In this document: positions 1-12,471 of the stretch, in pieces
Layout of the letters: every line of letters starts with the position of its first letter
How positions within the stretch are numbered: the stretch's first letter is position 1
Program-made: the position numbers and the translations under genes
From: Massalongia carnosa
Taxonomy: Eukaryota
Reading direction: 5' to 3'
Assembly (NCBI GenBank): GCA_965645245.1
Contig: OZ287080.1
Coordinates: forward strand, 1,240,001-1,304,000
Length of the DNA: 64,000 bases
Notes under the pieces: generated by a model
What the model saw: the letters and a program-made list of their open reading frames with translations, nothing else
Told to the model about the DNA's origin: nothing
Databases searched by the model: none

Positions 1-1716
1 CCACTTCAGTCGGTAGACCCATTTCCAGCCTTTTCCGTTGACGTTCCTCCTCCTTCCATTTCTCCAACAACTCGAGCCCTTCGATCTCACCGGCAATCTC
101 CTCGCCAAACCTTTGCTCCTTTCGTTCTCCACTTCTCAGCCCTAACACCGCTGCTTTTCCCCTATCTCGCTTCTTTAGCATATCCGCTCCAACCTCGCGG
201 TAGAGCCCCAAGAGCCCTTTCGCTGCCATCATCACACCTTTGTCCTTGCTCTTGCGATACATGACGAGATCTTGCAGCAGGGTATCGTTCATGGCTAGCG
301 GCTGCCGAACGCAGATCTCCCGGATTGCATTTAACCCAGCCGATGCAACCTCGGCCGCTGCAGCTTCAGAAACAAACTCGTTTGCAATTTTTTGAACCAG
401 GGGCTCGAGGACATCCGGGGGAACGAGTGAATGGGTAGCTTGAGCAAGTGACGCCAGAAATGACGTGACGAATGGTTGGCGAGGAGTAAGGTACTTGAGG
501 AAGTATGAATAAAAGCTTAGAACAGTGAGTTTATGTAACCCAATCAGTCTTGATACTAGCTGCAGAACTAGAAGCTTCTGCTCAAGATTGAGCTTTGACT
601 TCGTGTTCTGAAGATGTTTCGAGAACAGCGTTTCAGCAAAGCCTTGCGGATCATGCAATAAATGGAACGCGGAGAAGTTAAGCGGATGAGGCTGCTTCTT
701 CTTGCGCTCCTTCTTCTTGATTGTGGCTATCGCATTTTCCATGACTCTTGCTTTTTTCTTCGTCTTTTTGTTGATGCCCATTTGATGCTTCAATTTGCCC
801 ATGTCTACTGCTTCTTCATCACTACTTTCATCCTCTAATTCTTCCCTCTCTTTGTCCCCACCAAGAAAGAAACGCACCCCGCCCACGACGACCTTTACGT
901 TGTCGGCCAAACTGGCTTCCTTCATGATCTCCACGGCTTTGGAGTCGGTCCAAATTTGACGTTTCCATAATTCCCTGGTAATCTTCACAGCCCACAGAGC
1001 TTTTGGAGACGTTGGATCGGTGCTAACGAGGGTATAGAGCACCGTTTGTATGGTGCGATTGAGCGGGTGGTTTGTTGCATGAGAATTGGAGGTCCGAAGG
1101 TCAGAAAGTATTTTTTGAAAGAGGAGCGTTCGCAATGTTTTGCTTGGGGTTGATATAAGAATAGGGAAGAGCGTATGCAGAAGTCTGTGCGAATGTCAAT
1201 TGGGTAAACCGCTCGTGATTACTGTCTGCAAAATGCTCCCGTACGTAGAGGAATCGATTACTTCTTTCCTCCGAAGTAACACCAGACTGCCCACAATCTT
1301 CTCCCTCAGTTCTGACTCGAGCTCTGCATGATACAGATTCAAGACATTCCTGAGCTCTTCTGGAAAGCGTGCGGTATCGCCCGGGTAGCAGTCGGCGACG
1401 TGAGAGACGAAATCAATGAGATCGCGAAAGGAGATGATTCCAGCATCGGTAGAGGAAGACGGCGCCTTTAGAAATATATCCCGCTGGGTTTCATATTGGC
1501 TATACTGTCTCAAGAAGTCGGCCTTGTAAGAACTGGTTGGCTGTTAAAAGAGGACGGATTCGATATTGGGTGCGACCGTACATTGGATCTCGCTTGATTT
1601 TATATTGAAGATTTGATCTACAAACGATCAGCATTGTTGTGCTGTTGTTGGAAGTCTACTACAAGCACATACAGATCTGCGTCTAATTTCTCGAGGGCAC
1701 CGACCTTCCTCTTCAT
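1..1716 (-). CDS. SDA1: SDA1 ribosome biogenesis / 60S export protein (multi-exon; 3' part continues beyond position 1)
   Basis: Spliced N-terminus MKRKVGALEKLDADL/SNLQYKIKRDP; FRDLIDFVSHVADCYP...LREKIVGSLVLLRRK; further exon encodes NFSAFHLLHDPQGFAE and ELVPPDVLEPLVQKIANEFVSE-like (THSLVPPDVLEPLVQKIANEFVSE) SDA1 motifs; GT-AG introns near 1672, 1580 and 1243. Confidence 0.93.
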
Positions 1717-2724
1717 GATGGTGTATTTATATTAACGTGAAGTGCGAGCTAACTTATCTCGTGTAAAATCATCGAGTGTTTTTACTCTGTAGATTTTAAA
1801 TGTTGTGGGTGTTGTCCGCGCCACAGCCTGGCATGATTCTGCCACCGCTAATTTATAAAGCTAGTTACATAACTAGTTAGTTTACTCAAGCCACAAATCA
1901 AGACTCACCTGGCTACCACGTGACTCTCTAGTTGTCATCATCCCAGGTACCCCCGTTCACCTCCCTAGTTTCACGGGTAGCACTTACAAGCTTGCTCGCT
2001 CTTCAGCCACTTAACTCCTCATCTTTCAAACCCAATTTCGCTGAACGCAACAAGGATTGATCTAAACGAGAATCAAGATACCGCGAGCAATAATACAAGG
2101 GACCGGTAGGCGCCTAGTAGATACATGGCATCATGAGAGGAAGAAAAATTCCTTGGGTAAAGTGACTAGTTTTCTTGCACGAAATGGAAGAGGAATCCCG
2201 TGGCTTATGTAACTGCGGAGGATGGCAAAGATACTGTGAGGGACGAACGAGACCAAAATGAGATCCTATTCATACTGGTGTTATTCTTTCTTTCAATCAG
2301 TCATAATGAGTGAATCATAGTAAACACTCGAGAAACACGTTGAACATGAAGCAGTTGACTCTACATCAATAGTACATGTGCTCATCTTTGGTTAAGCAAG
2401 ACTGCTAGGCATCTCAACTGCCTACTTCAGCAATGGGGGTACTTTGGCAACACTTTGCAGCTTGACCCTCATGATCTAGGATCAGCACTGGTTGAGGGTG
2501 GCTTGGCTAAGTGGAGGGACACGACAAAACGAGAAACTCATAACAATTTTTGCTTAGATTGTGTATGATTTTTCACTGCTCAAACCCCTGTGATACTAAA
2601 CAGATTGAGCATCGATGGCTACCGGAGCCAACTCAGATGGGCCTGTTACTACCAATTAAACACTCATCGATGAAGATTGGTATGGCCTTTTTAACCTTAA
2701 AGCGCTGAGAATGCTTTATTTGGA

Positions 2725-3889
2725 AGTTGTAATAACTGTGGCCGAGAAACATTGTGCAACTGCAGCCATTCGAGCGAGAAAAACCGAAGCACTGATCATC
2801 TACTCACAATTTCGCCAACACCAAGCCCAACCTCAGCGGACCAACTCCATAGGGACTGCGGGCGAGATCTTTTACCCGAAGATCCACAAGCCCAGGAAGA
2901 CTTTAGATTCCCACTGTCTATACTCAATTGAGGACCAGTCAAATCTGCTCGGGCTTTACCGAGGCCTCATGTTATTGAATGTTCCTGCGAAGGAGCTGCA
3001 TACATGGCAAGTTCAACTCTTTTTGGTAGAAAACACTGTTAGGATTTTCGAAATGATTCCGGTGAAGACGAGGGGCCGTTACTATCCTTGGTTCCTAAAG
3101 AACAAATCCATACTGGATGGATTACAAACCTCGCAGCAAGCCAAGGTTGATATGCTAAGCTCATACTTCGATGAGGCTTGGTTGTACTTGGCATCAGAAG
3201 AACGAGCCAAGAAACCGGGCGAACTCTCCCCAGAAGCCAAAAATGAGTGCTTTCTCATCCTGGCCATGGCTACACATGCGGCACGCCCAGCACCAAGCAT
3301 GCATCAGTCGTAGGATTTTGGGTTTTGCGCGTGCAGAAGGGAATCCGAGGGATGTATCCTCAGTAGTATCTACCAAAAACTTCTCCTTGGCGAAAAATTT
3401 CGTGAAGACCACAACGATCCCCCCGGGAATATCTCGCCCTCGGCGCCTGTGCTAACCCATCCATGCAGTTTCACCGAGTTCTGGAAGGGGTACGAGTCAG
3501 AGAAGCTCATCGACCTCATGGACGTCAAAGGCCTTCGTACTAAACGCCAGAAAATCCCCAGCTTGGAAGCATTTCTCCAACCCTCCCCCAAAGGGTGGAG
3601 GCCCACGGTGTGGTCCCTCTGCCAGTTCCTCGCCACGAAAGACACGCTGGCAGCGCCTCCAGTGGTGCGTTTTGATTACGGCTTCCGCAACTGCACATCG
3701 GAGCAGCAGAACCGCGATCTGAACCACGTCTACAGACGTCTCCTGGCCACGGCGGATCCGATGGGGCTTCACGAAGCGTGTTACAAAGGCGGGATTTTTG
3801 AGTTCGCTTCCAGGCACATGGCGTTGGATGTCCGCTTCAAGGCGCTAATGCAGAGCATGTGCGATCAGCCTGATGTCGTGGAGACGTAG
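2725..3889 (+). pseudogene. Degenerate fungal MYND-zinc-finger-associated protein
   Basis: Frame A reads CNNCG...PTSADQLHRDCGRDLLPEDPQAQEDFRF, then shifts (~2910) into the 2711 ORF frame (HCLYSIEDQSNLLGLYRGL...GRYYPWFLKN); in-frame TAG at 3311-3313 after which the same frame continues to 3889 (ORF 3449-3889 is in that frame). Confidence 0.65.
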
Positions 3890-4578
3890 CGTGCATCTCC
3901 CCCCTAGGCAATCTTGTGCGGGATTTAGCTCGTTGTTACATTTAGGTGGCTTAAATAGGTACATACCGGTGCGGAACCGGCCTAAATAGATCGGCTTTCT
4001 TTCTCACCCTAGATAGCTCTAACAGGAAACTCATACACACACGATGTCATCTCCCGCACAGCCTTTGCCATGCTAGTAAAACTCAATGCGTGACCATGTT
4101 CCAATCCCACCACCAACACTCGAAGAACCTTGAGATATCAAGGCTTGTACTCACCATTCCTCCTTACAGTACCCCCGTATGTATGTACGACCAGACGAAA
4201 CCCCACCCACCCTTCTTCAGAGCCACCCAACTACATAACAAGACGGCACCATCATCACCACCATCACCACACTCCGTTTCTTCTCCTCACCGTCCAAATA
4301 CGCCACACCCCACCCCCTTTTTTTTTTAATGCACCTAGAATTGGACCTCAATATTCCATCAGATGTTCGCATTATGAGAGCTTGTCAACGCAGCTTATAT
4401 ACTACGCAGCCTAGAGGTGTCGAGCTACCGAACACTGTTCCTCGAGTCCATGTTTTTAATATCCGCCGTATATAACATATACCGTGCGTGTATGTACGCA
4501 ACCCCCCTATATCACGAGCGGAATACTAATTGAATAATACTCATCATCTGCCGAAAGCCGGACAGTGGAAACAGAGAA

Positions 4579-5759
4579 TTACTGTTTCTTGAGGAAGTGC
4601 TTTGGATCAAGAGAGTCGCAGTTGGCATTATAAGCAGCTCCTTCAAATATCATCTCGCTCATAACCAAACCTGTCCCTGACGCGTTCTGTATGCCTCACT
4701 CGTCATGACCTGTCGCAAGCCATAGACCTTTAATACCCGTTGGTCCCACCATGGGCCCAACCTCCTTATCTTCTATATGTGGCTTTATCTGCGGCTTGAA
4801 GCAAGCTTGCTTTGCAATCACCTCACCATCACGTGTCTTTTGTGAGACACTTCTGACAGCGATCCACAAATTATTGCAGCTTTTCTTATCGACAGCCACG
4901 TGATGGCTTGTTTCGGGCAAGGGAACGTCATAATCATCAGGACCGCTGGCATATACGGTGTCAAAGTCATGAAGTCGGTCTCCTGTTCGAGGGTAGATTA
5001 CGGGCCAAAGCACGTGCTTCAGGCTCTCATTTGGGGGGACTTCAACGCTGGGAAACAGACAGTATGGAGACAAGTCCTCCGATGGTCTGACGACAACGCT
5101 GTGGCCTCTAGGCGCTTTCAACTGTGCCCTGGGAAACAGTCTGGGCGTCCACAGGCCAGCAGCGACCAAGATATCGGTAGCTTCAAGAGACTTGGAAGTG
5201 CCGTTTTGGCTGTACTGAACCAACACAATGCTCTGGTTGTTCTCTTTATAGTTGATAGCAGTTGCAGGCCCCGTGACGATCTTTGCACCTTTCTCGACGG
5301 CTAACTCTGCCAAAGTCGTCGTATTCATATAGGGGTTTACTTGACCAGAGTTGCTTGGGGTTCCTGACTCTTTATAGTATTTGACGCTACCAGGAAGCAA
5401 CCAGTCTAGCTCAGAAGGGACTTTGCTTGGTTGTACTTGGGATTTTGCCTCAGAGCCATTGATCAATGAGAGCCTCTCGTCAACCCCCTGTGCTTGAAGC
5501 TCGACATCAGCACAATAGACTTTTCCGTAGCCCCAGATTTTATCGCCATCGTGCTCTTTCGCCAACGCCGCATGAGCCTTGAAGCTCAACGGGGCAAGAA
5601 ACTTCGGAGTTGCCCAGTCAGCAAATAGGCCACCAGCCTTCCCAGAAGACCCGCCCGCGATCTTGCTGGCCTCTAGAATGACGATTGAGTGAATCTGAGG
5701 ATCGTAGTATGCATGACGTGTGAGGAAGTATGCTGTGAAACACCCAATTACACCGCCTC
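4579..5759 (-). pseudogene. FAD-dependent oxidoreductase (DAO / Tda3-like) with premature stop
   Basis: GGGVIG Rossmann motif, ILEASKIAGGSSGKAGG, GLWLATGHDE*GIQNASGTGLVMSEMIFEG...KKQ*; TGA at 4696-4698 interrupts a conserved C-terminal motif, natural stop TAA at 4579; first exon/start not identified. Confidence 0.75.
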
Positions 5760-6608
5760 CTACATGTGAAGGTGAGAAACGGCGGCATATTGCTAGTAAT
5801 GAGGACAATAACAATGAGAAAGAGTAACATGGCAAGACAACAACAGTATCGGAAACACGGCTAGTATTTTCACGAGAGAATCGCAATGTGCGAACGATAT
5901 CCAAACCGACGTGGGACAGCGATGGCGGTTCTTATAACGAGAGAAAACAAAACAACACCCCACCATTTAGGGCCCATCCTTGGGTCCCACCATTGGGCCA
6001 GCGCGAACAGGAATCGAAGCTATTCTGATAAGAAATCGGCCCCATCACAAGAGGATTAGGTATGTACAGAGTTCTGGGTTCTGGGTTCTGGGCTCTGAGT
6101 TCTGAATATCTCGCGAGGCGTCCTCCACTTCCTGCACTCCTCAGCTCTCCATCAGCGACTCTCCAAAAAGCTATCGCCCGGTTCGTATCAATCTCTCGAA
6201 ACCGCAAGTCCAAGCGGTGAGATGAAGAACGTTGTTCGCTTTTTTGACGAGGTCAATCGGGCCTACTTTGGAAGGCGGCGAAGGCGATGAAGTGGTCGAA
6301 GGCTTTTGTGTGGCATAAAAGTCTAGGAATACCTCAGCTGAAGCTCCTGGAGCTAGAGCTAGAGCTAGAGCCGGCACCTGTACATGTGAGCTGTCTGGCT
6401 ATAAGCCAGAAGAAATCGAATGGAGTGAAAATGGAAAGAAAAGCAAGGAAATTGAAAGGAGTCTTGGGATTTATTTCCCCCGTGCTCTATCTAGCTAACG
6501 ACCCCGCTTTCCCTCCCTGTAAATCTTCACCCTGGAAAAACCCCTACTGTCCGTATCGGAAATCAAGCCTCCTTAAGATAAAAAACTCCCCCATTCTCAA
6601 CCTTCGGA

Positions 6609-8908
6609 TCAAGACCCCTCCCCATTCGGCTGCCACTCGGTCTCAGCCCTCTTCTCCGCTTCGTCAAGCACCTCGTCAGGATTCACCTCGTAGGCCTTCT
6701 CCTTGGTGGCCTCATCCTCCCCTACTATTTCTTCTCCGTCGGCGGCAAGGCCGTTCGGTCCGAAGGCCGATTCCGCCCGCTTCTCCTCGGGATCCTGCAC
6801 TTCGTCGAAGTTGACCTCGTAGGCTTTTTCGTCGCCATCGAGGAGTGTGGAGGTGGAGATTTCGGAGGGGGAATCGTTGATGTTGGTACTGTTAAATTCT
6901 TTTTCTGGGTCGTTGGGGGAATCCGGTTTCGTGGCTTGGTCCTTGTCGTCCTCTTTCTCGCTAGGTTTGGCAGTCGGCTTTTTCTTGTTCGCTTCCGTCT
7001 CGCTTTCCACTTTGCCCCTGGCAGCCCCATTATGCGCCTCGTCATTTTTTACGGGCGCTTTATCCCCCGCAGCAATATCCTTAGGCCTCTTGATCGTCTT
7101 CCGAGCCCCGGAATTCACCTCCTCGGCACCCTTCCATAAATCCGCCTTCGCCTTCGATCCTGCATCCTCAGCAGCGGCCTTCCACAGGTCCGCTTTCGCC
7201 TTCGTCTTTGAGCGAACTTCCTCGGCGCCTTTCTTCACGTCCGTTTTCGCTCTCGAAGCCAAATCCTCGGCGTCTTTCACATCTGCTTTCGCCTTGGAAC
7301 CCAGATCCTCGATGCTCTGCTTCACACTGGCCTTCTTGCCGCGGAGCTTGGTTTTCACTTCTTCTGGTACCTCGATGTCGTCACCACCTTGCTCACTATC
7401 GATAGCCTCGCGGATCTTCCGCTCAACGTCATGGGTTGCCTCTTTCGCGGATGCTTTTGCGATGCGCTTGCGATCCGGTGGGGGGCTTGCCGCTTTGACA
7501 CCACGGATGTATTTCCGGATGAAGAAGTTGACAAATAGAACGCTGTGAAACTTAATTAGCATTATCTATTCTCCTAGAACAGTAATCAAGGCCGCATACG
7601 TCAGAGGGGCCAAGTAAAGCGCGTTCAGAAAAATTGCGAAGGCTTCTCCCGAAGTGTCGAGACAGTTGACGGTCCGATACTCGACTTTGTATCGAATCTC
7701 CTCCTGAGCCTTCTCCACCTCCGCGGCGTGCACAGCGTCAAGGCCAAATGTCTCGCCCTGGCGGTTTCGCACGTTTTCGGCTAGGCCCTCCTCCCCAGCT
7801 GCGCGCAACGCAACTTTCTTGAGCCAGTTGCCGAGGCTTGCTGTTACAGTTGCGCTAGCTACCGCCGAAGAAACCGAAGAGGCAGCGGCGGGAATTGCGG
7901 ATGAGAGGTTGTGGGTGAACAGGTAAGGAATCGAGAGAGGGATGCTGTAGGCTATGAACAGGTGCGCTACGGCGTAGGAGGCCCCGAAAACGAATTGGAC
8001 GATTTGTAAAGTTGTCAGGGTTCGCTTCCAGACTTCGGGAATCGGAACGGTGAGCGCCGATAGAGTGTAATACAGATACTGCAACGAATCAGTGCTTTCA
8101 TTCCATTAATTCAATCAGGCACAGTTACCATGAAGGCGTGGAGGCCAGAATTAATAAGTACGAACATCCAGATTGGAGGAGACATGTAACGAATCCCCGC
8201 CCACAAGCACATTAATGCGCCGGCGTGGTGATATGTCTGGAGCAGTGAACTCTTCTTACCCTTGGCAAGAATAATGAAAGTGTCGACAATTTCGTAGAAC
8301 TTAGACAGATAGAACAGCCATCCATAAAATGCGAGTCCCTCGTTCCATATCCTTCCTAGATCCGTCGAATCTGGCGATCCATCCCGGAGCTCAACCGTCT
8401 TATCGGTCACGCTCCAAGCGTTTGATTCATGCTTATAGGTGGCGGCGCTACCAAGGCCGCGTGGACCATGTATCTTACACAAGGTATCGATGGCGCCTGC
8501 CAGCCCATTCTCCCCTCCCCAACCAGGCCATGAATGCCTAATTGCGCGAATCATGCCCAAGCACGTCCATCCCGAATACAGGGCCAAAACTACGTTATGA
8601 GCGACCACAAAGATGTAGAAGGGTATCGATTTGCTGATAGGCCACGGTTTGTTTTCTCGTTGTCTGTTTACCCGATTGAGAATCGACACCGTTATCGCGT
8701 AGATGATTGCAATTGAAACCGGAATTCGGACATCCAGCGCATTGTTGTAAGTCTCAGGGTCAATGCTGAACGGGCGCGCAAAGGTGTAGTCTGCAACAGG
8801 TGGATATACAGTCTGTGGTTCGGGTGACGGAGGAAACTTTAATAGGTATGAAGGTGGATAGGTGAAATGAACCGTGGGTGCCGTCGCAGTGTGTGAAGGG
8901 ATACCCAT
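6609..8908 (-). CDS. Fatty acid elongase, GNS1/SUR4 (ELO) family, with long charged C-terminal tail
   Basis: FYLSKFYEIVDTFII, LQTYHHAG His box, NSGLHAFM/YLYY, TTLQIVQF; exons 8908-8129, 8078-7600, 7542-6609 joined by canonical GT-AG introns. Confidence 0.92.
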
Positions 8909-11331
8909 CTCCGAGGCTGTGATTAACTAATTTGAAGTAGCGATGGTGGGTTAATAGCTTGCTCGAAGATGTTGATACATGATGCATGTCTCACGGATGG
9001 ACGGATGCGGACCTGCAGAAGTAGAATAGGAATGCGCGTCTCATCAACAGGATAGACGAAGCAAGAATCATTGACAAGAGCAACACGAAAGTATTCTTCA
9101 ACTCACGTTTTACCAGATATCCGTACCAGAGCCAACACAACCTTTGCGCAGCAGGATGGATACTTTGAAGATAACACGAAGGGTGAAAATAAACAAGAAA
9201 ATAAGATTTGAGGGAGAATTCTGTTCTGTGACGCACCCGTGGTTAAGAGCCGTTGCGATGCATGTCCTCTCCGTACTATGTATTCTGGATTTAAATTACA
9301 TTTAAATTACACTTGATCTTGATATCTGACGTCATTATGTTTGGGTTTGTGCATGATGTCATAATAGCTCCATTTCGTTATCAGCGTCAACATTACCACG
9401 CCATGTATTGGTTTGGATCTCTCCTGACCTACGGGCCTCTTGTTTACTTTAAACCCCGTTATTATGAGTTCTATTCTAGACGTGAACGCGATGCCTACAT
9501 TGAGTAGATACCTTTCAATTCGACTATTAGTCTAATTGCTCATGTGATCTCTTTATCGCAAGATGGGTGCTACTTGCTTCTGCTTCGTTTGCGATTCCTT
9601 TTCTTCCGCTTACATCTCCAAGACTTAGAGAGTGATGGATTTGGATGAGATTCTCAACGGAGATACTTGACTAGCCGTGCAGCCCCGGTGGTGGAAAAAG
9701 CAAACTTCCAGTACAGATTCTAGTTTGACGTAAACCTCTATTCAGCAGAAACTTCATCTAGCATCCTTTATCACGCATTCTCCGAGTAACTCTTTCCGCG
9801 ACCTCCACTAAAATGTATAAAATAAAAATATAAAAAAGCAACAAACGAAATACAATCTATCTCCGTCACATTCATGAGAGACGTGTGGTACGATACAAAA
9901 CGAATTGAATTCAAATTTCCCCGTTCAGCATCCAGCTTGAAGATTTCCCTTCCTATTCATTTCGGCTTGGCCTTTTCCCTTAGCTTCTTCTGTATCTTAG
10001 GTCTTTTAACAGAGGCGAAAAAGAAAGAAATGTATTGATTCCGAGCATTGAACAGCGATTGAATAGAAAAAGAAAAAACAGTCATCCTGGTTTAAAAATT
10101 CTTCCCGTTGACAAGATATCACTTATATTCAAAATCATCTCAAACTCAAAAATCACATTCAAATTCCATGACCCCATTCTCGAGAAACCTTTATGGACAG
10201 GGAGAAGATTACTTACTGGGGAAAATATCTAAAACGAAAAGAAACAAACAGTAACAATACAACTGAAAAATATTTAGGGATTTCACTCTTTCATACCCCT
10301 AAACTGACCCAACCCGACCCAAAACTCACTCGCTAAGTACCTATTTAATCTAACTACCAGTCCCGCCAATCGAGTAGCTAGCTAGATCTCTCCCAGGCCA
10401 TTAAACCATCAGGCCATCAGAGAAATTAGGAAACTTTGGACAACAACAACAACAACAAAAACAATGATAAGGGGAGAAGAGACGTTATGAACAATATAAG
10501 ATAAGCTAGGATGATATTAGCACGACAGGAGCGATGAAACCGACAGGAAAGGGAAAGAGGAGAAAGAGAAATGATCTCGAACAAGCCTATTTGACGAAGG
10601 CTTTCTTGGGGCGGCGGATGGGTGAGCAAACGACAATGAGGATGAACGACGAAAGATATCAACGCTAACCTACCTATCCCTATCCCCATCCATCCATCCA
10701 TCCATCCATTCCAATCCCCATTCCCCAATTACGCATCCAGTTTTTTCTCCATGTCCCCTACCGCCGAAAAAACCCGGCAAGCAGAGAATAGTTAAATACA
10801 TGCATGCATGCATGGCACAATCTACATATCCTGCATCCTATATCCTGTATCTCCGCTTTTCCCGCTCTTCCGCTCTCTCCAGTTTGGGAGAATAAGCGAT
10901 TTCGAGATACCTACCTACCTACCTATCTACCTGCCTACTCCGTACTTCATTCCCGTTCACGAAGGGAAGAAGTCGGGTTTGCATTTAACAGTGGTTTTGG
11001 GGGGGGGGGGGGAAGAAAAGAGGGGGGGAAATGGGGGGAAAAAAAGGAAGAACCTCCCCCCCTTAACAAAATGGAGACGAATGGGGGGAGAAAAGTCTAT
11101 ACTCTATATTCAGGACGTGGGGGACGCTAGCGCTACATAAACTAGGTATCATATGTCTACCATCAAAACCTTGCGTCTAGAACCATCTCCTCCTCAACCC
11201 CCCCAACTCTAACAGAACTCATAAATGCAGTATATACCATCATGTCTCCCCTTAAAAGTCCCACCCCCTACTAAAAAATCTAACACCGCCCTCATAATCA
11301 ATGCAGCGTATCCCGAATCCCGAATGCGATC

Positions 11332-12471
11332 TCAGACCAACTGATGCGGATGCATGCTCTCGTCCGGATCCGGCTCCAGGGCCGATACCTCCGACATGGC
11401 ATCCCTGTCATCGAGCCGGTGGTCTTGCCGCTGTGTGGCGACGCACAAGCTACGATCAAAAGACAGACCCGAGACTTCGGAGACGGCGTCAACCGGATGG
11501 GGTTGTGAGATTGGGTGGGTGAGGGTGGAGCTGTTAAGAGCGGCGAGGTTCTCATCGTTGAGAGGTCGGGAGGCATTGCGCGTGTGAACCTTGCCACAGG
11601 TTTCGGGTGGGGGTAGCGGATGAGTGGGAAGAAGGATTGAGGGGGAGTTAGGGCTGCTGGAATGCGTTTGGGCGGGTGGGCCGGTTTCTGATAGTGAGGG
11701 AGGGGAAGCAGTGGGTTGTGGAGTTTGAATCCGGGGAGGTATGCAGAGATGGGCGAAAGTTGGCGAGCGAGGGTCGGAAGGAGGGGTTATAATCCAAGTG
11801 TTGGTGCTGCTGGGTCGGGCGGTTGGGTCCCTTACCGTAGGCTGGGTGCTGCGAGCCGAGAACATGGTGGCACGCCGAGAGAAATCAAAGTTGAAGCCGC
11901 TGAGAGAATGGTTTGGAATGTGTGAGGTCCGAAGCTGCCGCGCGCTCCTGCGCTGTTCCAGGCTTCTTGCGGGCTTTCTCCGATGTGGTGGGAGGCTTGT
12001 TGTGCTTCTTTGCTGACGGAAACTTCTGCGCTGGGGCCTGTCCTCGGGAGCGCTCTCGGTCATGCTTTTTGCTCTCTCCTGTCCCAGTAACTTGGCTTCT
12101 TGCGAGCTATGCCATCGACTGTGTCGTTGTATTTTCCCCCTTCGCCTGCGGCTAATACACCAAACGATGAATATTGGGGATAGTATTGCGATTAGAACGA
12201 TAGGGACCACAATGATGGCCGTCAATCTGCTATCTGAAAGGCCGGTGTCTGTTCGAGGCGGTGTGGAAGTGGCACTCTGATTGTGGTCGACGAACCCGGG
12301 TGCCAACGTAAAAGACGCCAGCATACTCGTTGATACCCTGGTACTGGAAGGTAGAGGCGCTGGGTCACTGGTAATCGCCGGTCCCACTGAGGGGGAGGTT
12401 TGGCCCACGGTGAACGGATCTGATATATATGAAGGACTAGTCGCTCTGCTGGTATAGACCGGTCCAGCCAT
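11332..12471 (-). CDS. Hypothetical single-pass membrane protein (Ser/Thr/Pro-rich N-terminus, TM helix, basic stop-transfer, disordered tail)
   Basis: Long ORF; AIIVVPIVLIAILSPIFIVWCI followed by SRRRR; first ATG at 12471 (MAGPVY). Confidence 0.7.
   Translation of the reverse strand: MAGPVYTSRATSPSYISDPFTVGQTSPSVGPAITSDPAPLPSSTRVSTSMLASFTLAPGFVDHNQSATSTPPRTDTGLSDSRLTAIIVVPIVLIAILSPIFIVWCISRRRRGKIQRHSRWHSSQEAKLLGQERAKSMTESAPEDRPQRRSFRQQRSTTSLPPHRRKPARSLEQRRSARQLRTSHIPNHSLSGFNFDFSRRATMFSARSTQPTVRDPTARPSSTNTWIITPPSDPRSPTFAHLCIPPRIQTPQPTASPPSLSETGPPAQTHSSSPNSPSILLPTHPLPPPETCGKVHTRNASRPLNDENLAALNSSTLTHPISQPHPVDAVSEVSGLSFDRSLCVATQRQDHRLDDRDAMSEVSALEPDPDESMHPHQLV

Noticed and set aside
6287..7548. 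Plus-strand ORFs of 175 and 233 aa
   Set aside because: Antisense shadows of the elongase tail; no independent motifs
10426..11140. ORFs in the low-complexity G/A-rich intergenic region
   Set aside because: Built from homopolymer and microsatellite tracts; no coding signal
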